Shown: in pieces, positions 50,685 to 64,000 of the stretch
Position numbering within the stretch: position 1 is the first letter of the stretch
Layout of the letters: the number at the start of each line of letters is the position of its first letter
Source of the DNA: Octopus sinensis
Lineage: Eukaryota
Assembly (NCBI RefSeq): GCF_006345805.1
Contig: NC_042998.1
Coordinates: 54,064,001 to 54,128,000, forward strand
Reading direction: 5' to 3'
DNA: 64,000 nt
The notes under the pieces: model-generated
Databases searched by the model: none
Seen by the model: the letters and a program-made list of their open reading frames with translations, nothing else
What the model was told of the DNA's origin: nothing
Made by a program: the position numbers and the translations under genes

Positions 50685-50950
50685 CTATGCTGACATGGGT
50701 TCAATGGTTTGACAAGAGCTGGCAAGCCAGAGATCTGCATCAGGTTTCAGTTGTCCATTTTGGCATGGTTTCTATGGCTGGATGCCCTTCCTAACGTCAA
50801 CCACTTTACAGACTGAACAGGGTGCATTTTACATGGCATCAGCACAAAAGCTTCATATGTGGTACCAACAGGAGGACTTTTTACATGGCACCAGCATGGG
50901 CGCTTTATATGTGGCACCAGCACAGGTGCTCTTTATGTGACACTGGCACA
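50685..50950 (-). mobile_element. RTE-related repeat with ~24-bp minisatellite units
   Basis: ggatgcccttcctaacgtcaaccact, then about five degenerate ttt.a.gtggcaccagca units. Confidence 0.7.
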
Positions 50951-51274
50951 AGACTAGCAATTGATGTCGGGTGATTAATAGATTAAATCTATGCTAGCAC
51001 TTCACTGGTATTTTATTTTATCATCCACAGAAGGAGAAAAGGCAAAGAGGACATCAGCAAGATTTAAATGCAGGCTGTGAAAAGCAGCAAAGCAGTTTGT
51101 CCAATGTTCCAATAATTCTGTTATTCCACCATTCTAGAATTGTACATTATTATCAATGAAAGGCAAAGCTGACTCACACAGATTTTTGAACTCAAAGATC
51201 AGGCAGCTGGGATAAAACACTACAAAACATTCTACCTGACTCACTAACAATTTTGTCAATCTACCACCTTAAAG

Positions 51275-51305
<31 letters not shown>

Positions 51306-51561
51306 AATAAAAAATAGCAACAATTACAGTAACAGTATGATTAGTCTTACTTATTAAATAAACGGGTATATCGCAAAATGTCTGTCAACAGACTTAGCCA
51401 ACATAATATCAGGAATTGTTAACAGATAAAACTGAAAATATTTGATTAGGATTTTATCTTCTCTTTTCTTGGTTACTGACGTGTGTGTGTGTGTGTGTAC
51501 CTCAATATACATTTGTTTATGTACTTATATATGTGCATATATACATATACTTGAGTGTATA

Positions 51562-51614
<53 letters not shown>

Positions 51615-51693
51615 CATACACACACACACACACACACATAAATTTTATACATATGTAGATAAACATATATAAATACTACACACACACACACAC

Positions 51694-51745
<52 letters not shown>

Positions 51746-52634
51746 TCACATGTATTATTTATGTGTGTGTGGGAGCGTGTCTGGACAGATAAGTATACAT
51801 CTGTATATATTAGCTTATATACTTATATATATATATTTGCATATATATGTGTATATGCATATATCTGTGTGTATAATATAAAAATATAATGTATGTATAT
51901 AAATATATGCACACACATACATTTTATACATATATAGAGGCAGATATATCATACCTACATAATATAGCCATATATACATACACACATATTATATATACAT
52001 AATACATATATATTAACATATATACAAAATACATATATATGCTATGTATATAGGCATATATTTGTAATGTATATATTTGGTGTAAAAATACTGCTGTCCC
52101 CTTTTTGTCTCTATTTAATTCAATACACTTAAAAGGAAATATGACTTAACTTTTTTGAGGCTTGAATAATTGAATTACTTTCAATTTCATTTTCAACTGA
52201 AAGAGTGAAACGCTGACAAAATAACATCTACTATCCATTCAATGTTAATAGCAGGGAAATCATTTCCACATACACTAGTAATCATATGAGATAGGAAGAT
52301 GAATAGGTCGAACCAAGCTTTTGTAGTTCAGTGTTTTTCCAAAGCCAACTGTTCTCTGAAGTGGTTATGTCTGGATAATATATTAGTAATAGGTGTGTGT
52401 CACAATATGGTCTTTTATGTAAACAAGACGGAATTGAAGTTAAGTTTAATATTTGTCAAACATACGTAGGTTGCAGGCATAGTTGTGTGGTGGGGAAATT
52501 CACTCCACAGTCATGTGAATTCAGGCTCCATTTCATTGCATTGCTCCTTTGGGCAAGTGTCTTCTTCTATAGCCTCAGGTTGAACAATAATTTGGGGATG
52601 AAATTTGGTAGACATAAACTCTTCAGAAGCCTTC

Positions 52635-52670
<36 letters not shown>

Positions 52671-52821
52671 CCAAGAGTGAGAAAGAGAGAGAGTGTTTGT
52701 TTCTATGTGTGTTCACAGTTGCAGTGCCTCAATCTCAATCTAAGACCAGCACCAGAGTCCATCATCCACAGCATTGTATTGGTTGAGAGGACATCTTCCC
52801 TGTCTGGTCACCAGCTAGAGA

Positions 52822-53047
52822 TTAACCCTTCAGCATTTAAACTCGCCATATCTGGCACAAATATTCTACCTATTTTATGCTCAAACTGGTCAGATCTGGC
52901 CTCTCACACCAACCCTACAATATCATTCTAAAATTAACAGTTGGTTCATCAAAATCTCAAAGCCACAAACTACTACATCACTAATTCAAAAGAATGCAAA
53001 CAAATAACCATTACTTTTGACAAATAATGTGAATGCTAAAGGATTAA
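52822..53047. mobile_element. piggyBac-type MITE, family 1 (opposite orientation)
   Basis: TTAACCCTTCAGCATT ... AATGCTAAAGGATTAA. Confidence 0.8.
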
Positions 53048-53215
53048 AGAAGAAACATAATACCTTCACACATGGGCATAAAAACTATTTGGGCAATGGT
53101 GATATATGCCCTGCAGCTCAAGGATTTAGAATTGTAAAGCCAATAGAATAATGCAAATACCTTACAAGAATAAACAAGAGTTGGAGACTGGAAGAATATC
53201 TAGCGCTGTATATGT

Positions 53216-53554
53216 CTGAGACCCCCTTCAGTCACAACACTGACCATGGGATTGCACCTAAAAAGTTACCCTCCCAGGCACAAGTCCGGGCAAGGTTGTT
53301 AATGGAAGACCAGCAGTTGCCCATGCATACCGGCCTCCCTTCTCCACCCCACCAGTGTTATCCAAGGGAAAGGCAACGGCCAATACAGCTTGGCACTTGT
53401 GATATCGCAACTCATTTCTACAGCTGAGTGACCTGGAGCAACATGAAGTAAAGTGTCTTGCTCAAGAACACAACACATAGCCCGGTTCGGAATTCAAGCT
53501 CATAACCTCACGATCATAAGCTCAATGCTCTAACCACTGAGCCATGCGCCTTCA
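53216..53554 (-). mobile_element. SINE family C with 10-bp TSD
   Basis: Minus-strand head gaaggcgcatggctcagtggttagagc. TSD ctgtatatgt at 53206-53215 and 53555-53564. Confidence 0.88.
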
Positions 53555-54175
53555 CTGTATATGTATACTAGCCTAAAAGCCACCCTATCAAGCAGCTTTT
53601 AAGCTAGTATATAGCTTTTAAGCTACTGACCCCAAATGGGAAGATCTGCAAGCAGATCTCTGACTTGCTTTGGAGAATTTGTTGCAATTGCTTCCTCCAG
53701 AGTCATATACCAATGATGATCATATTTGTCGCAAAAAATCATGTAAAAAAAAATTTGCAGAAAATAACTGCTGGATTTCACAATTAATTTTGATTATTCC
53801 CAAAATTTATTTCCAAGTTATAAAAATTGTTATTGTACAAAAAAATATGTTGCAAAAAATCACATGAATAAATCGCCTGAAACATTCACAGTAATGAAAA
53901 CTTGGGAATCAAAAATTTCAAGATTGTGGGTCCAGCTTCAGCCTGGAATGTTTTAAATTTATTCATGGTGTCGGCCTGATTCCAAAATAGTATAGTATGT
54001 TCGGCTATGGCCTCTAGGAGTAAAACTGAAAAAGTGTGACACACTGACATTCACATTTATTACATTAGATTACCACAAGTTTCATTCAGCCCATGCCAGC
54101 TGGGAAAAAAATGGATAAAAAGACAACAGTATCGATGACAAAGCAGTCATTGTTATTTAAACATTGTTCACAAAC

Positions 54176-54401
54176 TTAACCCTTTAGCATTTAAACTGGT
54201 CATATCTGATTCAAATATTCTACCCATTTTATGTTCAAATCTGCCAGATCTGACTTCTAACACCTACTCTACAAAGTCATTATAAGATAAAGAGTCACAT
54301 CATCACAATCTCGTAGTTATAAGATAATGCATGATTAATTCAAACAATGTGAATAAATAAGCATTACATTTGACAGAGTGATCTGGATATTAACGCATTA
54401 A
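54176..54401. mobile_element. piggyBac-type MITE, family 1
   Basis: TTAACCCTTTAGCATTT left end, family interior, degenerate right end. Confidence 0.75.
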
Positions 54402-54774
54402 AATATAAAAGTAAAGACAATAGTTTTCTTTTAATAAAATATCACATTTAATAGGATAAATTCGTAGTAAAAACAAGCATAAGTATTACAGAATAGCAGT
54501 CAGCAGCTGGTAATATTGTTGAGTGGAGATCAATAATTCAAACTCTTTTCAACTGCATCATGCACTTCAGTATAAATGCTATGAGAAAATTTTTAAGATA
54601 CTGGTAATGTTTTCATCTATTTGTCAAATTGTAGCATTTTCACTTTTCATAAAAACACCTGTGAAACAAGAATCAGCTGAATTTCTCCTGCCTGAGCTGT
54701 TTATAATTTACTTCACAAATAAATGATAAGCAAAATCATCTGAATACTAGACAAAATGCCTTGTATTAGCTGCT

Positions 54775-55080
54775 GGAAGCACATGACCTAGTGGTTAGAG
54801 CAGCGGACTTGCGGTCGAAGGATCGCAGGTTTGAATCTCAGACTGGGCGATGTGTGTGTTTATGAGCGAAATACCTAAGGTCCATGTGGCTCCGGCAGAA
54901 GGTAATGGCGAACTTCTGCTGACTCTTTTGCCACAACTTTCTCTCACTCTTTCCTCCTGCATCTTGCAGTTCACCTGCAACGGATTGGTGTCCCGTCCAG
55001 GTGGGGAACCTATATGCCAAGGAAACCAGGAAACCGGTCTTTATGAGCCAGGAATGGCTCGAGAATGAACAAACAACAAA
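54775..55080 (+). mobile_element. SINE family D
   Basis: Head cctagtggttagagcagcggact..ggtttgaatctc; body matches 35862-36166. Confidence 0.85.
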
Positions 55081-56590
55081 TTTGCATTGGCTAGTTAGTA
55101 ATGATACTTATTAATAAGGCAAACACTGACCCTCCAAAGTCAACTCTACCTTTCATCATTATTCCATGTATCCTAGAATAATGCAATGCAGTCAAGATCA
55201 GTTCAAATTCTCCTAAAGCCAATTCTGCCTTTCATAATTCTGGGACAAATATTTTATCTACTCTGGAATGATGAAAGTCAGTCAAGTTTAGGAGTAAATT
55301 TATATCCCTCTGAAATATATTCTAAACATGAATGGAAGTATAGCACAAGAATAACTTGAGGTTTAAATCCGAGAAATTATTTTCAAAATGCATTGTGTAT
55401 TACACACCCCTCCCCTCCCCCCCCCGCCCCCACCCCCAACCAGCTCACTACATTTCTTTGAAACTTCATATTTACATCTAGATTGAAATGGAATTTTGAG
55501 ATGCTGATTCTCATATTTACACAGAAATAAAAATAGAATTCTTCACTTTAAACCTTCCTCCAAATCCAGTTCCCCAAAATGGAATGAAATGGAATACCAT
55601 TTTCGTCAACAGCAACAGTTACTGCTTCCACTGTTCTACCTACATGCATTTCTATGGAAACATGAACTGAAGAATAACACAACGCTCAGTGTTGCATTAC
55701 TTCAAAAGTTGCAAGTGCCACAACAACAACAATAACAACAGCAGCAACACCAATGCTGATAATGATAATAATAATAAAAAGAAAATGAAATGACACTTTT
55801 ATGTTGTAATGGCATATGATGATATAAGAAGATTAATGCAAGATGAAAAAATACAGTAAATGCCTTCCTAATCTTGTAATAGTATACGAAGAACATACTT
55901 CGCAAATTTGAACAAAAGGATGCAGCCAAAACAGTTTGACAAGGAATATGTAAAGCAATCTTCTTAACTGAATGTGTGTGTATATATTTATGTATGTGCA
56001 TGTGTGTGGATGTGTGTGTGCGTGGGTGTGTGCATGTGTATGTGTATATTATGTGCATGTATGCATCTGTATGTGCGCTTGAGCGTATTCATATTCATAT
56101 TTTATGACAAGCTTAATGCATTTGACATGACAGATTTCAACAGTACAATGTGCTATTTAGCATTCTACAAATTCTACAAAACAATAAATGGAAGAAAGGT
56201 AAGAATTGTGCCTGCGCAATACTTTTAAGTGCTGAAAGTAGTTTATTAAATGCTGAAGAAAAGGGATTCTTGTCAGAATTCACTTGAAGATGTTTACGAT
56301 AAGATGATGCATATTTAATGTTGAAGAGTAAGCGAAGCATTGCCTTGTGCATGAGTTATTTGCTATTTTATATGTGGGAAAGATAATCCTTCTTTAGCAA
56401 AAGTGATTTCTAAGGGTCCTTTTTATTTTTCAGTGTAAAAAATAAATATGTAAAATAAAAAAAGACCTCAAACTAAACTTCTATTCAGACAGCGTTGTCA
56501 AAATTTATTCCTGTATAATTTACATCTGAATAAACACACACACACACAAACACACACACTTGCATATTAATGTGAATGAGTAAAGGATCT

Positions 56591-56807
56591 TATGAGGGGG
56601 TGCTGAAAAGTTCCTGGCTTTAAGGGTATCGCAAAAGGTCTGATTGGAAGCCCTTCTGAGTTCTTTTACAGGGCTTAGAAAAACTGAAGGACTTCTGCAA
56701 CAAGTTTGTGAATCTGAGAGGGGAATATGTTGAATAACATGATAATCAACTGATTCCCCTGTATTTTCTTTTACCCAAAGCCAAGAACTCTTGAGCACCT
56801 CATCATA
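56591..56807 (+). mobile_element. mariner-derived MITE
   Basis: TA + TIR gagggggtgctgaaaagttcctggcttt / aaagccaagaactcttgagcacctcatca + TA. The interior encodes a mariner C-terminus GLEKLKDFCNKFVNLRGEYVE*. Confidence 0.85.
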
Positions 56808-57734
56808 TATATATCATGCCAGGATGGAAAACAGACATTGAGTGATAATGATGAGGATGATGTCAAAAAATGTAGTTCTGTTTAGTTCTTCATTTGGGAA
56901 TTACAAGTACCCCATTTTTTTTCCCCATTTTCAATTGCTGTTGTGGTCTGTGTCCAGCGAGTAAAATATCAGCAATTAGTTGCTATGTGGAAGAAGAACA
57001 AAACTATTTCACAGCCCATACGTCCTACACCAACTAGGCTCCATTCCAGTTTCAAAATGTTTGTAATCTGTTAGCCACCTAGGTACAAGGTTCATGAGAA
57101 TATGACCTAACACTGGTGATGTATTGTAACTGAATTAAAAGCACTAAAAATTAATTTGTCCACTAGACTGACAACAGAAATAAGATGAGGCTAATAATGA
57201 TTTATTAGTAAAATTCTGAACTGAAAATCATTCACTAATTTGCTGGTTTTAACTGATGAGATGGGTTATTTTAGTCACATAAATAGATCATGATCATAAT
57301 GGCACAAGGCCAGCAATTTTTTAAGAAGACGGTATCAGTTAATTATATTGACCTCCATGCTCAACTGGTACTTGTTTTATTAACTCCAAAAGGATGAAAG
57401 GCAAAGCTGATTTTGGCAGAATTTGAAGTCAGGACATATTGAGTAGGAAGAACAATTAAGCATTTTGTCTGATGTTCTAACAATTCTGTCAGCTCATATC
57501 AACAACAAAAATAGTAACAAGAGCTAATTAGAGAGTCCTTGCATGGTCGCTTGAAATGCTAGAAATAGCAGTCAAATCTGCAAATGACTCCCACTCCACC
57601 ACCATCCTTACTTTATTGTTTTCTTCAGCAAAATGGTTCAGACACATATGGCAAGGTATGTCTATAACTGTATTGTTTAAGAGAAGAAAGAACAACATGA
57701 GCATGATCCAAAATAACATTAACAATAATTACTT

Positions 57735-58045
57735 GGTGACCCTGCCGGTGCTGGTGTCACATAGAAAGCATCCAGTTCACACTGTAAAGTGGTTGGCATT
57801 TGGAAGGGCATCCAGCTGTAAAAACCATGTCAAAACTGACCTCGCCTGTGCTCATGCCACATAAAAAAGAACTCAGTCCACTCTGCTGAGTGGTTGGTGT
57901 TAGGAATGGCATCCAGCCATAAAATTCATGCCAAAACAGACACAGAAGTCTGATGCAGTGTTCTGCTTGGCTGGTTCCTGTCAAACCATCCAACCCATGC
58001 TAGCATGGAAGGTGGACATTAAACAATGATGATGGTGATGATGAT
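57735..58045 (+). mobile_element. Non-autonomous RTE-related repeat with a duplicated internal unit
   Basis: Two gtggttgg..ggaa.ggcatccagc units and an aacccatgctagcatggaa..(gat)n tail. Confidence 0.78.
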
Positions 58046-58271
58046 AATGTACAAGACCATAAATTTAGGAGGCTTCGTTAGTCAATAAAATCAGTTCCAT
58101 TACTTGACTGTTACTTTATTTTATTGAACCCTGAAAGGATAGAGAAAAATATTGCTGACTTTAGCAAGATTTGAACCTAAAATGTAAAGAGCTGCCACAC
58201 TTAATGATTCTATCAATCCACCATATTACAACAAGAATTGCAATAGCAAAAAAAAAAAGAAAAAAAATCCA

Positions 58272-58895
58272 AGGTGTGGCTGTGTGATAAGAAGCTTGCT
58301 TCCCAACCACATGGTTCCAGGTTATGTCCCACTATAGGGTACCTCAGGCAAGTGTCTTTTGCTATAGTCTCAAGCTGACCAAAGCCTTATGAGTGGATTC
58401 AGTAGAAGGAAACTAAAAGACACCCTTGTATATATATATATATATATTAATGTGTGTATCTTTGTGCCTGTATTTGTCCATCACTACTGCTTGACAACCA
58501 GCATTGGTTTGCTTACATCCCAGCAAAAGAGAAAATCAGAATAAGTGACAAGCTTATTGAAGGCAGCGAGCTGGCAGAATCGTTAGCACGCCGGGCGAAA
58601 TGCTTAGCGATATTTCGTCTGCCGTTAGTTGCCGGGGTCAACTTTAACCTTTCATCCTTTCGGGGTCGATAAATTAACTACCAGTTACACACTGGGGTCG
58701 ATGTAATCGACTTAATCCCTTTGTCTGTCCTTGTTTGTCCCTTCTGTGTTTAGCCCCTTGTGGGCAATAAAGAAACAAGAATAATTGACAAGCTTAAAAA
58801 AAAAAGTACTGGAGTCAATTCCTTTGACTAAAAATTCATCAAGGTGGTGCCCTAGCATGGCCACAATCTAATAACTGAAACGAATAAAAAGTAAA
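58272..58895 (+). mobile_element. SINE-A containing a younger SINE-B (58557-58777, 19-bp TSD)
   Basis: TSD agaataa(g/t)tgacaagctta at 58538-58556 and 58778-58796. The inner copy retains many CpGs. Confidence 0.87.
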
Positions 58896-61662
58896 AGGTA
58901 ATTTCATCACTCTTTTCATTATCATTCTCACTGTTATTTTCTGTTACTAAATTTCCTCCCCCCCTCTTCCTCCTCCTCGTCATTGTCCTCATAATAATTT
59001 TGTCTGTTTCACAATGATAGTATTGGACGAACAAGATCTTCTTTGCAAACACTGCCCTCCTATATGGGTCAAGGAACATGTTTCATTTGAACATTACATT
59101 TTGGCCATGGCTTCTGTGGCTAGATGCCCTTCCTGCTGTCACCTCTTTTACAGAGTGCACTGGGTATGTCTTACTGTGACTCCAGTACAATTCTCTGCAT
59201 TGCCTCTGTTTATTCTTTCATTGACATCAGAAAGATTATCCCCCACCCCCACCCACACACACAAGATTAATGAGATTCTTTCTTTACTACACTGTCTCTG
59301 TTCCTTTCCTATAATACTAGGTGGGTGAAAGATAGTTGGAGCAAGGATGATAGAATGTTGAATGGAAAAGAACCAGAGTGATAAATATAAGGAAGTGATA
59401 GATAGATAGACAGTAAGGGAGAGAGAGGAGAGAAAATAATATACAGCTATATTACGGTTGCTGGTAAAGAGATTGAATAGAAATAACAAAAGGGAAGGAG
59501 ATATAAGTATAAATATACATCTTCAAGAAATGTGTGTTAGATACAGAATTTGTTAAGGCCATGTGATGCAGAGAGAGGGGAAAGTAATGGAAAAGAAAGC
59601 AAGTGATGGGAGTGAGTGAGAGAGAGAGAGAGGAAGAGAGAAAGGGAGAATGATGGATGTCAATAATGACTGAGTCATAAGTGTGTAGGGATGAGGAAAG
59701 AGAGATGGTTAACAATAAAGTCAGTTGATGGTAAGAGAGAGAATGAGTGAGATGGACAGCAGGAAAGCTGTTTAAAAATAAGCATAAGTTAGAAACAAAT
59801 CCTTTGACCAGATTTCGTGTATTGTCCTCTAAAATCTTCCAGTTACTGGTTCCCCCCACCCCTGCATAAAGAACCTTAAAACCATTTACAAAAAAGCAAT
59901 AAAATCAAAAACAAGATCTTTCTACTTCTGTCAAAACCCCACTGGGCTTAACAAGGACAAGTTTACTGCTTACAGAACAATTTGACCAAAGAAATCCATT
60001 TCTGTTAAAATATTACGTTTTCTGTAACAACATTAAGGTATTGTCAACCTCATTATGATATGGAATCCCAAGTTGGCTTTGTATTTTCAACTCAATTGTG
60101 GTTAATAAAATAAGCAGCAATAATATATGGGGAAATAATTCAATAAACCAGACTCACACAGACACAGACACACACACACACTATTCCTTTCTATTATAAT
60201 ATTAGTTTTCTGCCAATTCATATGAAATTCCTGTGATGCTGATGAAAGGAAAAAAAAAGAGGAAATTGAGATACATTATATTTTTTGGTTTCATGGTTTG
60301 CTCTTCTGATTTCAGGTTCTATAGTAGTTGACAAAGCATGTCATATCTTAAGGGATTATTCCATCAAATGTAACCATTCCTATTTGCAGAAACAGTCTAG
60401 TATCTGAGGGAGAAACTATATTCATAATTGCAAACAATGTGTTTGTAGTAGGTTTTTATAGTTGTGACTTTAAAAAAAAAATATTGCATTATGCTATTGA
60501 CAAGCAAGAGATATATTTTTCAATTCTGGTCAATGAATCTGTTTATTTTTTTCTGTCTCAAATTGAAGATTATATACGTTAAAAACATTATATGTTGGTT
60601 CATAAATATTGTATTAATAGTCCTTTTTAATCTGTCATGAATCCAGACACCATTCACTTATGTAATCCTTCATTGCAAATTATTCAACCACATCAAAATG
60701 AAGCCATTTAACCTCTGTATATTGGTATATTTGCCTATATTAAATAAAATATTTAGCTGTGATATTTGTCAACATACAGATATTCGAGCATAATACTAGC
60801 CATATTAACTCTCCCAATTACAGGAACATTGACATTGCTCCAAACTATTTCTTTAAAAAAAAAAAAAGAAGGAAAAAAATCAAACCATTCTCTTCACTAT
60901 CATAAGAATACACATAATTCTATTTTAGCCTTTCTCTGTTATTGACATAGCATTCAAAGAGTGACATCAAATCTATGCTTAACCTGTCCCCCAAATAAAC
61001 ATTACTGGCTGACACTAAAATTTCTAAATCATAGATAAGTCACACTGAGATGTGTTGAATAATTCAATATCATAATGTCAACTTATTAAATAAAAATCCA
61101 AGTTTAAAAAAATGCAGCTTCCAAACATCATTGTTGACAGTTTCTTTCTTTTTTTTTTTTTTTACTAGCATGGGTTGGATAGGTCAGCAAATTCAGCATA
61201 TCACTGGGTTTTTTTTTTCTTGAATCACCATATTTTTGTCTGTTAGGTCCAAGTATTTTATCTCATCCCTATTTCTTTCCATATCTTCCATTCTATGACA
61301 TTTTCTAATACTGGTATCTATCATAGTTAGCATATAACATTCCACTATAATACATTAACTAAGAGGATTGTAATAAACAGAGTACAGTACATTAGAGCTA
61401 ACCGTTCATTATATATTTCATTTTTTTCCCAAATAGGTGCGATACTGTATTTTCTGGCACATGTGTTGAAATTTTCAGACAAAAATTTACAATCAAATGA
61501 AGATGAATTGACTTACACACCAAGACAATGCAGCAGGATTTGGAAAGGCAGTGATGATGTTTCAATACTATTTCATGTTTACATTATATTCTATGCAGAC
61601 TTGTTTGCCAGAATATATGATAAACTATTTCAATATTTATTTCAAGAAAAGAAAATGTGCAT

Positions 61663-61895
61663 AAAGGTGGTGAGCTGGCAGAAATGTTAGCATGCGGGGT
61701 GAAATGTTTAGCAGTATTTCATCTGCCGTTACGTTCTGAGTTCAAATTCCGCCGAGGTTGACTTTGCCTGCCAGCCCTTCAGGGTCGGTAAATTAAATAC
61801 CAGTTATGCACTGGGGTCAATGTAACCAACTTAATCCCTTTGTCTGTCCTTGTTTGTCCTCTCTCTGTTTAGCCCCTTGTGGGCAGTAAAGAAAT
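61663..61895 (+). mobile_element. SINE family B, long-tail variant, with 14-bp TSD
   Basis: TSD aagaaaatgtgcat at 61649-61662 and 61896-61909. Confidence 0.88.
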
Positions 61896-61940
61896 AAGAA
61901 AATGTGCATGAAAATAAAAGGTATTTTATGCTGAGCCTCT

Positions 61941-62514
61941 TTAACCCTTTAGCATTCATGTTATTCTATCAAATGTTGCTGCTGCTGCTGAGACCCCCTT
62001 CAGTCATGACTGACCATAGGATTGCACCTAGAAAGTTACCCTCCCAGGCACAAGCCTGGGCAAGGTTGTTTATGGAAGACCAGCAGTTGCCCATGCATAC
62101 CAGCCTCCCCTCTCCACACAACTGATGTTATCCAAGGGAAAGAAAAAGGTCGATACAGCTTGGCACCTGTGACGTCGCAACTCATTCCTACAGCTGAGTG
62201 AACTGGAGCAAGGTGAAATAAAGTGTCTTGCTCAAGAACACAACATATAGCCCAGTCTGGGATTCGAACTCACAACCTCACAATCGTAAGCTTGACACTC
62301 TGACCGCTGAGCCTTCAAATGTACTGCTTATTTTTTCACATTGTTTAGAATAAATCATGCACTCTCTCATAGCTTCAAGATTTCAATGATGTGATTGTTT
62401 ATTTTTAAAATAATATTGCAGAATAGTGGTGAGAGGCCAGATCCATCCAGTTTCACCATGAAATAGTTAGAATGTTTAGACTGGGTATGGTCAGTTTAAA
62501 TTCTAATGGGTTAA
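61941..62514. mobile_element. piggyBac-type MITE family 1, interrupted by a minus-strand SINE-C (61977-62314)
   Basis: TTAACCCTTTAGCATTC ... AATGGGTTAA. The SINE is flanked by tcaaatgt (61969-61976 and 62315-62322). Confidence 0.85.
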
Positions 62515-63803
62515 AAAAATTTCTTTCTAGTTATTCAGTAGGAAAGGAGAAGGACTTTATCAAAATTGTAAACGAGAGAAATTTCATACAGTTGATGTTC
62601 ATTATAAACTTCTGCAGGTTGATGACTGCAAGAAAATATGGGCCAGATTGCCGAAGGACAATTGTCTAGGGAGGAAGGTTTGAGTAAAGTGTTTAGAACA
62701 GGTTCTCGTGGCTGTGAGATAACAAGCATAAGATGTAAAAGACAGAAAGACAAGTGGGTCAAGTAGTTTTTGGTCCTTTTTTTTAAATACAGTCTAGGAT
62801 ATTTGTGTGAGTGGCAGCCAGTGTCCCTACTATATAAACAGTACTATAACTGTGTTAAATACTTTGAGAATATTGTTAGTACTGATGAAATAATATTTCA
62901 CAAACACTACAAATAGCAAGATCTTTGTTCACCATCTAGTGCTATACTTCCTATAGGTAATGTACATGCACTCAAACTAGGCTTGAACTCACAGACTCTG
63001 AAGTCACACATAGTTTCTATATTCTTATCTTACAAGACACCTCAACAATGAAGAGAAATGGAAACACCTGGATGACAGTCTTTTACAAATCAGAAAAGAT
63101 ATGGTTAATGCTTCAAGATGTTATTCCAAAACTATGACCCTTGACTCTTTTACAAGCTTCTGTCACTAGATTGTTCCATGCTGGAGCATTTCTTTTGCAT
63201 TCTATGCTCTGTTGTCAAAAAGTTTTAAACTAATTCAATACTGATGGCAATGTCTGGTGTAATTCTGAAAAAGGAAACAACAAATCTAAAGTGAGATTTT
63301 GAATGCTGAATCATAAATACTTATAGAATCCTTTAGAACTGTCCTGACAGACATATATATATAAGTTCAGCTGTGTTCCGGAGAAGGTCTGCCAGGGAAA
63401 CAATCGTTATATTTTTACACTTGACATAGGTTTGGTTTCTTAGGAAACAAAGATGATGGGCGAGAGACCAAGAATTATCTCATCAAACTAGCAATGTTTA
63501 TCCAATTCTATTTTTATACTTTCCAACATGTCTACTTGGATTTTTGGCTTTTTCCAATTTTAAACAAGAATTGAGTGAATGTAAACGTATACAAAACCTT
63601 ATGATAAAAGGTGATATTTTAATCAATAAAGCAATGATTTCTTTTTCTTTTTTTTTAAATCATTTATATTCATTTCTTCTTAAAAAAACAACAATATAAT
63701 GATGTTGATAATATTATAATTCTGACAGAAAAGATAATGATTTTGATTGCTTGAATGAAAACAAAGGTGTAGTATACCCTCCCTTTCTTTGTCATACACT
63801 TAC

Positions 63804-63848
63804 AAATACACATGCTGCTATACGTGCAAATACACCATTCGCTTATTT
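63804..63848 (-). CDS. Candidate 45-nt exon
   Basis: tgtcttatctttag|...|gtaagt. Only the phase-1 frame is open (ISEWCICTYSSMCI). No homology support. Confidence 0.28.
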
Positions 63849-64000
63849 CTAAAGATAAGACATTTTTTTATCTTAAAAAGATAAAATTCTTATATGAAAT
63901 TATTTTTAAGATATGTCAATATGCATCAATATTGAATCATGTATTGATACAGGAATCCATATCTGTGAACATTAAATTCTTGCAATCTCAGCAGTTATAG

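Noticed and set aside
50820-50950. Regularly spaced ~24-bp repeats resembling a CRISPR array (also the tggcacgtaaaaagca units)
   Set aside because: Degenerate tandem units with no unique spacers, no cas genes and a eukaryotic context; part of an RTE-related repeat.
53560-53660. Two small hairpins (tatactagc.taaaagc/gctttta.gctagtata; agatctgc/gcagatct)
   Set aside because: Short, single occurrence, with no TSD, TIR family or ribozyme core.
62535-62762. 75-aa minus-strand ORF with an acceptor-like site near 62712
   Set aside because: No recognisable domain and no convincing donor.

Overview
Eukaryotic, very AT-rich, repeat-dense DNA. The SINE, LINE and MITE content suggests an octopus/cephalopod genome (inference). 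I found no intact protein-coding gene or intact transposon ORF; most of the ORF track is microsatellite noise. Recognisable elements: a decayed Helitron with a candidate 5' TC terminus (1-2308, minus); a Penelope-like GIY-YIG remnant; RTE and R4/Dong LINE fragments; Tc1/mariner relics and MITEs; two TTAA-flanked piggyBac-type MITE families; four tRNA-headed SINE families (my labels A-D), several with clear target-site duplications; and RTE-tailed non-autonomous repeats. Two things stand out. (1) Four TA-microsatellite-embedded foldback elements share a tail + inverted arms architecture; two have a hammerhead-ribozyme-like core starting at the inversion junction, and a separate near-complete minimal hammerhead lies at 10108-10157. 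(2) Scattered minus-strand microexon-like segments join in frame, hinting that the window is intronic in a large, alternatively spliced host gene (unconfirmed). Repeat boundaries were read by eye and are approximate unless a TSD or TIR is given.
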